NCBI GenBank assembly: GCA_029239165.1 | Contig: JAQZBG010000001.1 | Coordinates: forward strand, 23,539-87,538 | Source of the DNA: Microbacterium sp. | Lineage (GTDB): Bacteria > Actinomycetota > Actinomycetes > Actinomycetales > Microbacteriaceae | Direction: 5' to 3' | Length of the DNA stretch: 64,000 nt | In this document: in pieces, positions 11,290 to 21,584 of the stretch | Layout: the number at the start of each line of letters is the position of its first letter | How positions within the stretch are numbered: the stretch's first letter is position 1 | Translations under genes and position numbers: made by a program | The notes under the pieces: generated by a model | What the model was told of the DNA's origin: nothing | Databases searched by the model: none | The model's input: only the letters and a program-made list of their open reading frames with translations

Positions 11290-12396
11290 TCAGTAGACGA
11301 CGACGGGCTTCACCGTGACACCCGACGCGGAGTCCGCGAAGCCGACGTTGATGTCTTCGAGCGCGTAGCTCTTCATGAGCTTGTCCATCGGGAAACGGCC
11401 CTCCCGCCACAGGGCGATGAGCTTCGGGATGAAGACCTGTGGCACCGAGCTGCCCTGCACGACCGTCTTGAAGGTCCATCCCTTGACCAGTGACAGGCCG
11501 ATCTCGAAAGCCACCTCGGTGCCAGGCGCCGCCGCCCCCACGAGCACCAGAGTCCCCCGGATACCCAAGGCGTCCGCGGCCTGTCGAAGCAGTTGCGGTC
11601 GCGCGGTCGTGTCGATGACGTAGTCCGCCCCTCGGCCATCCGTAAGCCGCATGATCTCTTCGGTCAGGTCGGCGGACGTGGTGTTGATGATGTCCGTCGC
11701 CCCGAGTTCGCGCGCGAGCTCGAGCCGCGACTCGTGGATGTCGACGGCGATGACCTTCGCACACCCCGCGACCCGACCGGCCATGATCGCCCCAGACCCC
11801 ACTGCGCCGGTCCCGAGCACCACGAGCGTGCTGTTGAGGACGGGTTTCAACTCGTTCAGCACCGTGCCCGCTCCCGTCTGGATGCCGCAGCCCAGAGGTG
11901 CGACGATCTCGAGCGGAACGTCGCCATCGATCTTCACCACACTCTCTTCGACCACATTCGCCCGGGTGGCGAAGGACGACTGCCCGAAGAAGTGCGACGA
12001 GATCATCTCGCCGTCCTTACTCAGTGCGGTGGTGCCGTCATCGCGGCGGCCGCCGAAGTCGGCGGCGAACAGGTTTTCGCAGTACGCCATTTGTCCGGCA
12101 CGACACCGGCCGCAGTGCCCGCAGTATGCGGCGGCGAGCAGGACGTGATCTCCGGGCTCCACCGTGGTGACCGAGTCGCCTACGGCCTCGACGATGCCCG
12201 CGCCCTCGTGTCCGAGGACCGCGGGCAGCGGCGTGGGATAGACCTGGTCGCGAACGATGGCATCGGTATGACAGACGCCGGTCGCCACCATCCGCACGCG
12301 TACTTCGCCAGCACGGAGATCGTCCAGCTCGAGTTCTTCGATGACCAGATCGGCGTGCGGTTCCCGAGCCACGGCCGCGGTGACGATGGTGCTCAT
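11290..12396 (-). CDS. Zn-dependent aryl-alcohol dehydrogenase (XylB-like)
   Basis: Start MSTIVTAAV; GVCHTD, GHEGAG, CxxCxxC-x7-C, FFGQSSFA, APLGCGIQTGAG. Confidence 0.88.
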   Translation of the reverse strand: MSTIVTAAVAREPHADLVIEELELDDLRAGEVRVRMVATGVCHTDAIVRDQVYPTPLPAVLGHEGAGIVEAVGDSVTTVEPGDHVLLAAAYCGHCGRCRAGQMAYCENLFAADFGGRRDDGTTALSKDGEMISSHFFGQSSFATRANVVEESVVKIDGDVPLEIVAPLGCGIQTGAGTVLNELKPVLNSTLVVLGTGAVGSGAIMAGRVAGCAKVIAVDIHESRLELARELGATDIINTTSADLTEEIMRLTDGRGADYVIDTTARPQLLRQAADALGIRGTLVLVGAAAPGTEVAFEIGLSLVKGWTFKTVVQGSSVPQVFIPKLIALWREGRFPMDKLMKSYALEDINVGFADSASGVTVKPVVVY

Positions 12397-12416
12397 ATCC
12401 GGATCCCTTCCCCGAC

Positions 12417-13868
12417 TCAGAACGGGTACGCCTGGTCGGACGGCTCGATGGTGATCCACTTGAGATCGGTGAACTCATTGATGACCGCGCGACCGTCGAA
12501 CCGGCCGTAGCCGCTCGCCTTCATGCCGCCGTAGGGCGCCTGAGCCTCGTTCTGCACGGTCGCACCGTTCACGTGGACGTGGCCTGCTTGGATGCGCGTC
12601 GCCACCTGGTAGGCGCGCGAGCTGTCCTTGCCGAACACCGCCGCAGCGAGACCGAACTCCGTGTCGTTCGCGACCTGGACGGCTTCCTCGACGCCCGAGA
12701 CCCGGACGACGGTGGTGATGGGGCCGAAGGTCTCCTCGTCGTAGATGGTCATATGCGGACGGACGTTATCGATGATGGTGGCCGACATCGCCGCGCCGTC
12801 CGCGTGCCCGCCGGCGACGACCGTCGCCCCTTTCTGCAGGGCGTCATCGATGAGCCCGTTGATGCGGGGGCCGGACTCGGCACGCACCATCGGACCCACG
12901 ATGCAATTCGCGTCGGTCAAGGGATCGCCCGCGACGAGTTCTGAGGCGCGCGCGGCGAACTTCGAGACGAACTCATCCGCGACCGACTCGTCGACGACGA
13001 AACGCTCGGTCGACATGCATATCTGCCCCTGGAACAGGAACGATCCGAAGACCGCTGCGTTGACGGCACCGTCGATGTCGGCATCGTCCAGGACGACGAA
13101 CGGCGCCTTCCCGCCGAGTTCCAGAAGCACGGGCTTGAGGTGACGCGCGGACTTCTCCGCGATGATGCGCCCCACGGGCGTCGAGCCGGTGAAGTTCACC
13201 CGACGAACAGCCGGGTGCGCGATGATCGCCTCGACCACCTGGTCTGCATCCTCCGGGCTGCTGCTGATGAAGTTCAGAACACCGGCGGGCAGTCCTGCTT
13301 CGTGTAGCACTTCGGCGATGATCGCGTGCGTACGCGGACTCGTCTCGGAGGCGCGGAACACCACGGTGTTGCCACAGACGATGGGGTAGGCCATGGCTCG
13401 GGCGGCGAGGACCCCCGTGCCGTTCCACGGTGCCATGCTGAAGACGACGCCGGCCGCCTGCCGCACCGTCATCGACAGGGTGCCGGGCTTGTCCGTCGGG
13501 ATCGTCTCCCCCTGGATCTGGGTGGCCAGGCCCGCCGCCTCGCGGAACAATTGCGCTGTGAGGAACACGTTGAAGCCGGCCCACAGCTGGGCAGCACCCA
13601 CTTCGGACATCATCGTCTCGATGAATTCCGGGGCTCTGCTCTCGATGAGATCGGCCGCCTTGAGCATGACCGCGCGACGCTCGCTCGGTCCGCTCACGGA
13701 CCAGGCACCGAATGCCTTCGATGCCGATTCGACGGCGTCGAGGGCGTCCTCGACGCCCGCGGCGGCTCCTTCGGATACGAGATCGCCGCTCAGCGGATTG
13801 CGCCGCTCGAACGTGCGTCCCTCACGTGCCCCGCGGGGCTCGTTGTCGATGATGAGTTGAGTCTGCAT
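12417..13868 (-). CDS. Aromatic aldehyde dehydrogenase (salicylaldehyde/vanillin dehydrogenase type)
   Basis: APWNG, FTGST, LELGGKAP, GQICMSTER, EETFGP, GYGRFDG...WITI; NahF/Vdh-like. Confidence 0.88.
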   Translation of the reverse strand: MQTQLIIDNEPRGAREGRTFERRNPLSGDLVSEGAAAGVEDALDAVESASKAFGAWSVSGPSERRAVMLKAADLIESRAPEFIETMMSEVGAAQLWAGFNVFLTAQLFREAAGLATQIQGETIPTDKPGTLSMTVRQAAGVVFSMAPWNGTGVLAARAMAYPIVCGNTVVFRASETSPRTHAIIAEVLHEAGLPAGVLNFISSSPEDADQVVEAIIAHPAVRRVNFTGSTPVGRIIAEKSARHLKPVLLELGGKAPFVVLDDADIDGAVNAAVFGSFLFQGQICMSTERFVVDESVADEFVSKFAARASELVAGDPLTDANCIVGPMVRAESGPRINGLIDDALQKGATVVAGGHADGAAMSATIIDNVRPHMTIYDEETFGPITTVVRVSGVEEAVQVANDTEFGLAAAVFGKDSSRAYQVATRIQAGHVHVNGATVQNEAQAPYGGMKASGYGRFDGRAVINEFTDLKWITIEPSDQAYPF

Positions 13869-13958
13869 CGGAGGATCTCCTGTGTCGTCGTTGACGGGAA
13901 ATGCCGTGTCGCACCACCGCGGCGGTGTAACGGTAACACGAAGTGATGCAGAAGTGTG

Positions 13959-14786
13959 TTACATGTTTTTCGCCGTGAGGGTCGACACTCGGATGTCCTC
14001 GCCGACCACCGACGACACGTACCGGTTGGAAGCAGGGGCGAGGGCCTCGTGAATCTCGAGGAACAACGCATGCGCCTCGGCTCCGCGCCATCCCTGCGGG
14101 CGGAGGGCCCTCGGTAGCCACGGATCCCGGAAAGGGAAATGTCGATAGGTGGAGATCAGCTCGGTGCGCGCGGCGAACGCCTCCGGTCCATCCAGAGACG
14201 CCATCCGCCGCGCCAACCCTTCATGCTCGGAGATGAAGCGGGTGTAGTCGGTGTTGAGCGCGTCGAGGTCCCAGCATCGCCGGGTGAGATCCCGGTCCAG
14301 CGCCTGATCGTCCGTGCGCATCACGAGTACATCGACGGTCACCGCCGGGAACTCGCTCGCCAACGTCCGCGCTTCCTCACGAGACGCGCGGGGAGAGATC
14401 CAGGTTGACGCCGAGAGTGCACCGAAACCCGCCCAGGCGACACGCTTCTTCAGTCTGTCGCGTGTGGCGCGGTCCCCCTCGGGCATCTGGAAGACGACTT
14501 CGGTCCACCATCCATCCCAGTCCTCCGGGTACGACGCGAACAGGCGCGTCCGTCCGTCGTCGAGCACTTCCCGGATCTCGTCTCCGAGGCGGTACATCGT
14601 CTCGCGGCCGGCCCGCCTCCTCGTGAACCATCCTTCCGCGCTCAGCCGCGAAAGAGTGACGCGCACGGTAGGCGGCTCGACGCCGAGCGCACCGAGCAGG
14701 ACGGTCAGGTCACCCGCACGGACCTCCGATCCGGCGTACCGAAGGTAGTCGCCGAAGATGTCGAGGATCACTGCGCGAGGTTTCAT
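13959..14786 (-). CDS. paaX: PaaX-family transcriptional repressor (aryl-CoA responsive)
   Basis: DIFGDY, VRVTLSRL wHTH, WDGWW, GFG...WISP, CWDL, PFRDPWLP. Confidence 0.9.
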   Translation of the reverse strand: MKPRAVILDIFGDYLRYAGSEVRAGDLTVLLGALGVEPPTVRVTLSRLSAEGWFTRRRAGRETMYRLGDEIREVLDDGRTRLFASYPEDWDGWWTEVVFQMPEGDRATRDRLKKRVAWAGFGALSASTWISPRASREEARTLASEFPAVTVDVLVMRTDDQALDRDLTRRCWDLDALNTDYTRFISEHEGLARRMASLDGPEAFAARTELISTYRHFPFRDPWLPRALRPQGWRGAEAHALFLEIHEALAPASNRYVSSVVGEDIRVSTLTAKNM

Positions 14787-14838
14787 CGACGCTCCTTCCC
14801 TGTCGCGTCTGCCGAACGACCAATTCTAGAGACGACGA

Positions 14839-16521
14839 TCACGTCGATGAACCGGTGACCACTGCCGCCACGCGCTCTCGCAGTGCCCTTTTGTCGATCT
14901 TGCCGACCTTCGTCAACGGCAGGTCGTCCAACACATCGAGCCGTTCTGGCAGTTTGAACGACGCCAGCCCCGCCTCGACCATGAACGTCCGTACGCGCTC
15001 GAGTTCGAGGGTACGGCCCGGCATCAACGAGACACACAGGCAGAGGCGTTCGCCGAGGATCGGATCGGGCATCGCCACGGCCGCGACGAGGTCCACCTCC
15101 GGCAGCCGGTAGACCACGTTCTCGACCTCTTCGGCCGAGATCTTCTCGCCACCGCGATTGATGATGTCCTTGTCGCGACCGAGGACGACCAGATTGCCGT
15201 CCGGCCTGCGGACGACGACGTCGCCGGAGCCGTACCATCCGTCAACGAACGCTCGGGAGTTGTGCTCCTCGGCTCGGAAGTACCCACGAGGGGTGTATGG
15301 ACCGCGGGTCAGGATGAGGCCAGGATCACCGTCGTTCACGTCCGCACCGTCGGCGCCGACGACCCGGACTTCGTCGGCGTCGCACACCGGGCGCCCCTGC
15401 GTCGCGTGAATCACCTCGTCCGGGTCATCGAGTCGCGTCATGTTGATCAGTCCCTCGGCCATACCGAACACCTGTTGAAGGCGGGCGCCCAACTCGGGCT
15501 GCACCCGTGCCGCCAGCTCGTCCGGGAGCCGGGAACCGCCGACCTGCAGCACCCGCAGGGAGGCGAGCTGGTCGCCGCCCCTGTCGCGCCGATACTCGAG
15601 CCACCGCTGCACGACGGCCGGGACCGCCGCGGCGAGCGTGACACGCTCGCGCTCGATCGTCGTGAAGGCCCGCACCGGTTCCGGACTGGGCAGCATGACG
15701 GAGGTGCCCCCGGCGAAGAGAGTCCCCAGCACACCCGGGCACGCAAGCGGAAAATTGTGGCTGGCGGGCAGCGTGCCGAGATACACGGTGCGCTCATCGA
15801 CCTCTGAAATCGCCGACGTCTCTCGGATGTTGCACGCATAGTCGTTGTGCGTGCGGGCGATCAACTTCGGCATCCCGGTGGTTCCGCCGGACAGGAGGAA
15901 GCAAGCGACGGCGTCCGGATGCGGAGCCCGCCCGTCCATGCGCGATCGCGTAGCGGCGGCGTCGTCGTCGGCTACCGCAAGGAGCGGCTCCAGCGGCAGC
16001 GCGTCACCCCGCGCCTCGCCCGAGACGAAGGTCCACCGGACGAACGGCGAGGACGCCGCGACGTGCTCGGCGAGGGCCTGGTGGTCGTAATCCTTGACAC
16101 GGTCCGGCACGACCAGCGCCACGGCCTCGGCGTGGAGTGCCATGTGGGTCAGCTCGTGTGAGCGATGGGCGGGAAGCGCCATCACCGGGACGATTCCCGC
16201 GCGGAAGCACGCCAGCGTGAACACGACGAACTGCCAGTCGTTCGGGAGCTGGACGATCACCCGGTCACCCGGTCTCAAGCCGATGTCGAGCAGCCGCTCG
16301 GCCGCCGCGTCCATCCGGAACACGAGCTCCGCGTAGGTCAGGCGGCCCTCGCCGCTGACCAGCGCGACCTTGTCCGGCCACCGATCAGCCGCCGTCAGCA
16401 CGTATTCTCCGAGCGGCCGATCCGCCCAGTACCCGCGCCGACGGTACTCGGCGGCGAGATCGTCCGGCCAGGGAACGAGCCCGTCGTGGATGGGGCGGGG
16501 AATCGCTGCGTTCGTGTCCAT
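14839..16521 (-). CDS. Salicylate/2,3-DHB-type aryl-acid adenylation enzyme (salicylate-AMP/CoA ligase, SdgA-like)
   Basis: SGGTTGMPK, HNFPLACPG, QQVFGMAEGL, GPYTPRGY, INRGGEKISAEEVE; DhbE/EntE subfamily, but with no NRPS nearby. Confidence 0.85.
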   Translation of the reverse strand: MDTNAAIPRPIHDGLVPWPDDLAAEYRRRGYWADRPLGEYVLTAADRWPDKVALVSGEGRLTYAELVFRMDAAAERLLDIGLRPGDRVIVQLPNDWQFVVFTLACFRAGIVPVMALPAHRSHELTHMALHAEAVALVVPDRVKDYDHQALAEHVAASSPFVRWTFVSGEARGDALPLEPLLAVADDDAAATRSRMDGRAPHPDAVACFLLSGGTTGMPKLIARTHNDYACNIRETSAISEVDERTVYLGTLPASHNFPLACPGVLGTLFAGGTSVMLPSPEPVRAFTTIERERVTLAAAVPAVVQRWLEYRRDRGGDQLASLRVLQVGGSRLPDELAARVQPELGARLQQVFGMAEGLINMTRLDDPDEVIHATQGRPVCDADEVRVVGADGADVNDGDPGLILTRGPYTPRGYFRAEEHNSRAFVDGWYGSGDVVVRRPDGNLVVLGRDKDIINRGGEKISAEEVENVVYRLPEVDLVAAVAMPDPILGERLCLCVSLMPGRTLELERVRTFMVEAGLASFKLPERLDVLDDLPLTKVGKIDKRALRERVAAVVTGSST

Positions 16522-16525
16522 CCGG

Positions 16526-18565
16526 TCACTTCCTGTCAACGGGCAGCACTACCGCGTCGAGCGCCATCATGCCCGAGTCGGTGAGCCGCAGGGGGTTGAT
16601 CTCGATCTCTGCGACGAGGCCGCGGACGACGAGGTCGCCGAGCCGTGCGACGAGCCGCCCGAGAGCGATCTCGTCGGCGACGGGTCCGCCTCGGAACCCC
16701 CGGAGAAGCGACGCCGTGGCGAGGTCGTCGATCATGGATGATCCGACGCGTTCGCCGAGCGGTGCGGTACGGATGGCGACATCGGCGACGACCTCTGCCG
16801 CGAGTCCGCCCACGCCCAGCATGACGACCGGGCCGAACGCGACGTCGTGTCGAGCGCCAACGATGAGATCGAGACCGGACGGAGCCATCGCCTCGACGAG
16901 GAACTCGCGGGCGCCCGCCCGCTCGAGATGGTCGAGCGCGCGCTCCAGCATCCGTTCCGAGTCGACCCCAAGGACGACGCCGCCGAGTTCCGTCTTGTGG
17001 AGCACGTTCGCGTCCACGAGCTTGACGGCCACAGCACCGGGCAGATCGTGGAAGGCGCGGCGCGCCTCGTCACGGTCGACGCATCGCCGGCGGGGAGGGG
17101 TGGCGATGCCGAGAGCGTCGAGAAGGTCCTTCGCACGGACCTCGTCCCACCCGGATCCGGCGGACAGGTCGGGGAGGGGATCGACATGCGGCGTCGCCCC
17201 GGGGTCGGTCTTCAGGCGCGCCGAGCGGGCGTCCTCCGCGATCGCCGCCAGCCCCTGTGCCAGACGGGTCGGCCCCCGGAGGATCCCGAGACCGGCGGCC
17301 TTCGCCGATGCGCGAGCCGAGCTGACGGCTTCCGCGGGGCCGTCCACACCGAGCAGGATCGGGAGTCGCCCGAGCACGCCCGATGCCTTCACAGCGGCGC
17401 CGAGGTCGACGACCGGCTCCGTGATGGCATAGATGCCGAGCACATCGATCGCCGGATCCGTCGCCACCGCTGCGACCACTCCGCCGAACTCGGGTGACGG
17501 ACGCCCCGTGTCCACAGGATTCTTCTGGAACGTCAGGGGCGGGAGGAACTCGGACAGCGCGTTCTGGGTTTTCGTCGCCAACCGCGGGAGGGAGTCTCCG
17601 CCGTCCGTGAGACGGTCCGCGATGATCAGGCCAGGACCGGCCTGCCCCGTGATGAGTCCGATACCCGGCGCCGCGGCCGCGTCGCCCCGTCCGGCGGCGA
17701 GCGCCAGCGCCGCTGCCACCGCGTGCTCTTCGTCGTCGGCAATGACGGCACCCGCCTGGCGCAGCGCCGCGCGCGCGACACGCCAGGAGGTTGTCAGCGC
17801 ACCGGTGTGCGATGACGCGAACTCGGATACATCGGAGCGGCCGATGACGAGGGCGACGACCGGCTTCACCGCCGACAGATCTCGCACGGCGTCGAGGAGC
17901 GCGACACCGTCGGGCACGGTCTCCACGTGGAGGATCACCGCGGTCGTGGCCGCATGCCCGACGAGGTACTGCAGCACGTCCGGTGTCGCGACGTCTTGAC
18001 CGGCGCCGACGCCGACACCGAAACTGACGCCGTCGCCGTGCTCCTGCAGAAGGAACGAGAGAACATGGTTCACTCCTCCACTGGCAGCCACCACGGCCAC
18101 TGCCCCGGGCCCAAAGTCACGCACGCCCGGGACGAAACTGGCGAACAGGGAAGAGGAAGGGACGAAGAACCCGGAGGTGTTCCGGCCCAGCACCCGGATG
18201 CCCGTCTCCTGCACCGCTGCGTCGATGGCCCGCGCGTAGTCGAGCCCGATTCCGCCGGCCTCGGCGAACCCCCCGGCGCACACCAGCGCGGCGCGGATCC
18301 CGACGTCCGCGCTCTCGCGCAGCGCATCGGCCGTGAACGCGGCCGGTACGCACATCACCGCGAGGTCGAGGTCGGCGCCGTCGGCCGCCTCGGCGATGCT
18401 CGCGAACATCCCCGGCGCCGGGCGCGAATTGATCAAGCGCAGGTCACCGGAATAGGTCGAGAGCGAGTCGGCCATCGCGTGGCCGAGCTTGCCGGGGTTG
18501 GTGGATGCGCCCACCACCGCGACGCCCCGCGGCTCGAACAGAGCCGTGAGGTCAGCGTCCCGCAT
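16526..18565 (-). CDS. NDP-forming acyl-CoA synthetase (acetate-CoA ligase family, alpha-beta fusion)
   Basis: LFEPRGVAVVGAS CoA-binding fold, SHTGAL phospho-His, NPVD, HKTELGGV ATP-grasp, EIEINPL. Confidence 0.85.
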   Translation of the reverse strand: MRDADLTALFEPRGVAVVGASTNPGKLGHAMADSLSTYSGDLRLINSRPAPGMFASIAEAADGADLDLAVMCVPAAFTADALRESADVGIRAALVCAGGFAEAGGIGLDYARAIDAAVQETGIRVLGRNTSGFFVPSSSLFASFVPGVRDFGPGAVAVVAASGGVNHVLSFLLQEHGDGVSFGVGVGAGQDVATPDVLQYLVGHAATTAVILHVETVPDGVALLDAVRDLSAVKPVVALVIGRSDVSEFASSHTGALTTSWRVARAALRQAGAVIADDEEHAVAAALALAAGRGDAAAAPGIGLITGQAGPGLIIADRLTDGGDSLPRLATKTQNALSEFLPPLTFQKNPVDTGRPSPEFGGVVAAVATDPAIDVLGIYAITEPVVDLGAAVKASGVLGRLPILLGVDGPAEAVSSARASAKAAGLGILRGPTRLAQGLAAIAEDARSARLKTDPGATPHVDPLPDLSAGSGWDEVRAKDLLDALGIATPPRRRCVDRDEARRAFHDLPGAVAVKLVDANVLHKTELGGVVLGVDSERMLERALDHLERAGAREFLVEAMAPSGLDLIVGARHDVAFGPVVMLGVGGLAAEVVADVAIRTAPLGERVGSSMIDDLATASLLRGFRGGPVADEIALGRLVARLGDLVVRGLVAEIEINPLRLTDSGMMALDAVVLPVDRK

Positions 18566-20111
18566 GCTGCCGCTCCGTTCGGGCGACCGCGTCCGCCCGG
18601 CCGGACAGGATCAGGGTCGCGGCCGCGGAATCGTCGATGTCGTCCTCCACGATCACGGAGACATGACGGCCTCCGAGCCGGGCCCGTTCCGCGACGACGC
18701 TGCGCGAGACCGCGGTGCCGCCTTCCACGAGGACGACGCCGACGCCCTCGGGCAGCACGACATCGGCCGCAGCGTGATCGTCCTCCGGCGCCTGGACCGT
18801 CGCCATCGCGGACGCACCCTGGGTCGCCAGCTCGTTGCCGGCTCCGTCAACGAGCTTTGCGCCGTCCTCGTCGTGACGCAGTGACAGCGCACGACCCTCG
18901 AACCGGACGACGTCGCCGATCTGAAGCGGCGTCTCCAGTGGTGATGCGCCTTCCCGTTCGCGCCAGGCGGTGTCCACGAGATCGGCCAGCCCCGCGTCGC
19001 GGCGACGAATGCGTTCGATGTCGATGCTGCGGGAGAAGAAGTGGAAGGCGAAGTCCAACGGCTCCAGGTGCTCGTAGTAGAACGCGAAGTGCTCCCACCA
19101 GCTGAGGCTCGGTCCGGCGGCGTTCTGGACCCGGGCGACCTCGGGCTGTCGCTGGAGTTCGTAGCGGGCGAACGCACCGCTGATGTCGTCGGGCGCGGCG
19201 GCGAGTTCGCGCGCCAGGACGATCGCGTCCTCCATCGCCATCTTGGTCCCCGAGCCGACGGAGAAATGCGCCGTGTGCACGGCGTCGCCGAGGAGCGCCA
19301 CGTTGCCCTCGTGCCACGACGCGGTCCGCCGCGTGCGGAAGTTCCCCCAGCGCGAGTTGTTGGCGACCAGCTCCGCACCGTCGATGTCGTCGGCGAAGAG
19401 GTCGCGGAGGTACGACTGGGAGATCTCATCGGACTGGCCGGGTGGGGTCGACAGGTCGAAGCCGTCCAGACCGGCTCGCCGCCACGTGTCTTCGTCAGTC
19501 TCGACGATGAACGTGCTGAGACCCTCTGCGATGGGATAGGCGTGCGCCGCGAAGTTGCCGTGGGGGCCACGGCGATGAAGGAAGGTGAGCCGTTCGAAGA
19601 TGTGGGTCGTTCCGAACCAGATGAACTTCGCGACGGCTGTTTCGACCGTGGACCCCAGGGCAGGTTCGAGCGCTTCGCGGATGCGGGAGTTGGTTCCATC
19701 GGCGCCGACCACTACGTCGAAATCGGACAGCTCGTCGAGGCTGCGGACGTCCGCACCGAACCTCAGGTCGACCCCGACCGACCGGGCGGAGTTCTGCAGA
19801 TCCCGCAACAGGACCTTCCGATGGACCGCCGCCATCCCGTTCCCGGCGAACTCGAACGTCTCACCCCTGAGCGAGACGGCGATGGACGACCAGTGCACAC
19901 CTGCCGTCTGCAGTGCCGTGCGCAGGGCGGGATCCGCCTCATCGATGCGATCCAACGTGCGGTCGGAGAAGACGACGCCGAAGCCGAACGCGTCGTCGGG
20001 CTGATTACGCTCCAGAAGCACCACCTCGAAGTCGGGGCGTGCTCGCTTCAACAATGTCGCGAAGAACAGCCCGCCGGGCCCTCCACCGACGCATGCCACA
20101 CGAATCGTCAT
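18552..20111 (-). CDS. FAD-dependent monooxygenase, salicylyl-CoA 5-hydroxylase-like (SdgC-like)
   Basis: GGGPGG, FGFGVVFSD, DGTNS, FIWFGT, LGDAVHTAHFSVGSGTKMAMED. Confidence 0.85.
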   Translation of the reverse strand: MTIRVACVGGGPGGLFFATLLKRARPDFEVVLLERNQPDDAFGFGVVFSDRTLDRIDEADPALRTALQTAGVHWSSIAVSLRGETFEFAGNGMAAVHRKVLLRDLQNSARSVGVDLRFGADVRSLDELSDFDVVVGADGTNSRIREALEPALGSTVETAVAKFIWFGTTHIFERLTFLHRRGPHGNFAAHAYPIAEGLSTFIVETDEDTWRRAGLDGFDLSTPPGQSDEISQSYLRDLFADDIDGAELVANNSRWGNFRTRRTASWHEGNVALLGDAVHTAHFSVGSGTKMAMEDAIVLARELAAAPDDISGAFARYELQRQPEVARVQNAAGPSLSWWEHFAFYYEHLEPLDFAFHFFSRSIDIERIRRRDAGLADLVDTAWREREGASPLETPLQIGDVVRFEGRALSLRHDEDGAKLVDGAGNELATQGASAMATVQAPEDDHAAADVVLPEGVGVVLVEGGTAVSRSVVAERARLGGRHVSVIVEDDIDDSAAATLILSGRADAVARTERQHAGR

Positions 20112-20189
20112 CGATCTCTCTCCCGCCATTGGGTTGCCGCACCAGTATGCAACACATTTACGCAGTGTGGTAGATATCTGTTACGTCTG

Positions 20190-20792
20190 TCATCCCCCGG
20201 GCACCGCGGGAAGTTCTGTGACGACACCGAGACCCGTGTAACGGGGCCCGGCCAGACGCCCGAGCGGCCGAAGCAGCTCGGTGTCTATGCGCCCGTCCGC
20301 GAGGACGCCGTCACGGATGTGCCACGCCACGACCTCCCCCACGACGAACTCCCCGCCGTCGGGCCGGAAGGCGATCGTGCGGTCGTATACGCACTCCATG
20401 CTGATCGGCGCCTCGGCCAGGCGCGGCACGGCGACGAGTGTCGATTCCGCCAGCGTCAGCCCCAGCGCCTCCGCTTCACTCACATCCGGCGGCATCCGTT
20501 CGGAGCTCGCATGGAGCACTCCGAGCATCGACTCGTCCGCGATGTTCACCACGAACTGACCATCCCGCTCGATGTTGGTGATCGTGTCCTTGCGCGTATC
20601 GGGGCGGCGGTTGACGGTGAAGCCGAGCAACGCCGGGTACTGGCTCACCCAGGCGAATGAACTGAACGGGGCCAGGTTGATCGGTCGCGGCGCGACCCCG
20701 CTGGTCACCCATGCGATCGGCCTCGGGACGACCGAGCCCACCAGCAGCCGGTAGGTGCCGGCAGCATCCAGACGCGAGGCGTCGATGTACAT
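20190..20792 (-). CDS. Flavin reductase-family protein
   Basis: VVPRPIAWVTS, NLAPFS, KDT..NI..GQFVVN, LGRLAG; RBS GAAAGGA upstream of ATG 20792. Confidence 0.85.
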   Translation of the reverse strand: MYIDASRLDAAGTYRLLVGSVVPRPIAWVTSGVAPRPINLAPFSSFAWVSQYPALLGFTVNRRPDTRKDTITNIERDGQFVVNIADESMLGVLHASSERMPPDVSEAEALGLTLAESTLVAVPRLAEAPISMECVYDRTIAFRPDGGEFVVGEVVAWHIRDGVLADGRIDTELLRPLGRLAGPRYTGLGVVTELPAVPGG

Positions 20793-20827
20793 GTGCGTTC
20801 CTTTCACGAGAGCCCCCGGGGGCACAG

Positions 20828-21583
20828 TCACGGCCATCCTGGCGCGGGCGGGGGACGGTCGCCCTCCGGCGTCGAGACGTTCTTGTCTCCCCGGCCAGTG
20901 CCCCAGGTCACGAGGTCGGCCGCCGTGCCGCGCACGATCAGCGGGTCACCCCTGTCGCCCTCGATCTGAACCCGATGGCGCTGCGCCCGGTCCACCGGCT
21001 CGAGAATCACGTCCCGGTCTCCCACCCGGATCTTCCAGCGCCAGACGCGAACCAGATCCTCCAGGAGCGCGTCCACCAGCTCAGGCGGGAAGTCGGTCAC
21101 GCGGCCGCCGTTGTCGAGATCGACGGCGTGGATCCACACTTCGCGCGTCCGCATCCACACCGTCTCCGTCGCAGGCACGAGTCGCCCGCCGGCCGTGCGC
21201 ACCTCGCTCCGCCACGATGCCTCAGGGAGATCACGCCACTCGACGTTCAGATGCACGGCCGCGTGCGCGCAGAGGTTGCGCAGCGCTTCGGTGGGGAGCG
21301 TCGCGCCGAAGTCGATCTCTTCAGCGCGCTGTTCGGGCGAGTCGTACATGCGCCGCTCCACCCCCGTGCGTGCCCATTCGACCAGGCGGGCGAGCGCGCG
21401 CGCGTGGAAACCGACGTGCGCGATGAGCTGTCGCCTCGTCCAGCCCGGAACCCGACTCGGCCCGTCGAACTCATCGTCGTGCAACTCGTTGAGCTTACGA
21501 GCCCAGTACGCCTGGCCTCGACGCATCATCAGCAGGGCAGCGACGAGCTCGGGGTCGCGGACGTTGTCCGTGCGCGCCGGCAT
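20828..21583 (-). CDS. nagL: Mycothiol-dependent maleylpyruvate isomerase
   Basis: PGWTRRQLIAHV and MRTREVWIHAVDL metal motifs; adjacent to gentisate dioxygenase and FAH. Confidence 0.88.
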   Translation of the reverse strand: MPARTDNVRDPELVAALLMMRRGQAYWARKLNELHDDEFDGPSRVPGWTRRQLIAHVGFHARALARLVEWARTGVERRMYDSPEQRAEEIDFGATLPTEALRNLCAHAAVHLNVEWRDLPEASWRSEVRTAGGRLVPATETVWMRTREVWIHAVDLDNGGRVTDFPPELVDALLEDLVRVWRWKIRVGDRDVILEPVDRAQRHRVQIEGDRGDPLIVRGTAADLVTWGTGRGDKNVSTPEGDRPPPAPGWP

Positions 21584-21584
21584 G

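Noticed and set aside
14839-16521. Siderophore/NRPS biosynthesis (DhbE/EntE)
   Set aside because: No carrier protein, NRPS or isochorismate genes; the context is catabolic
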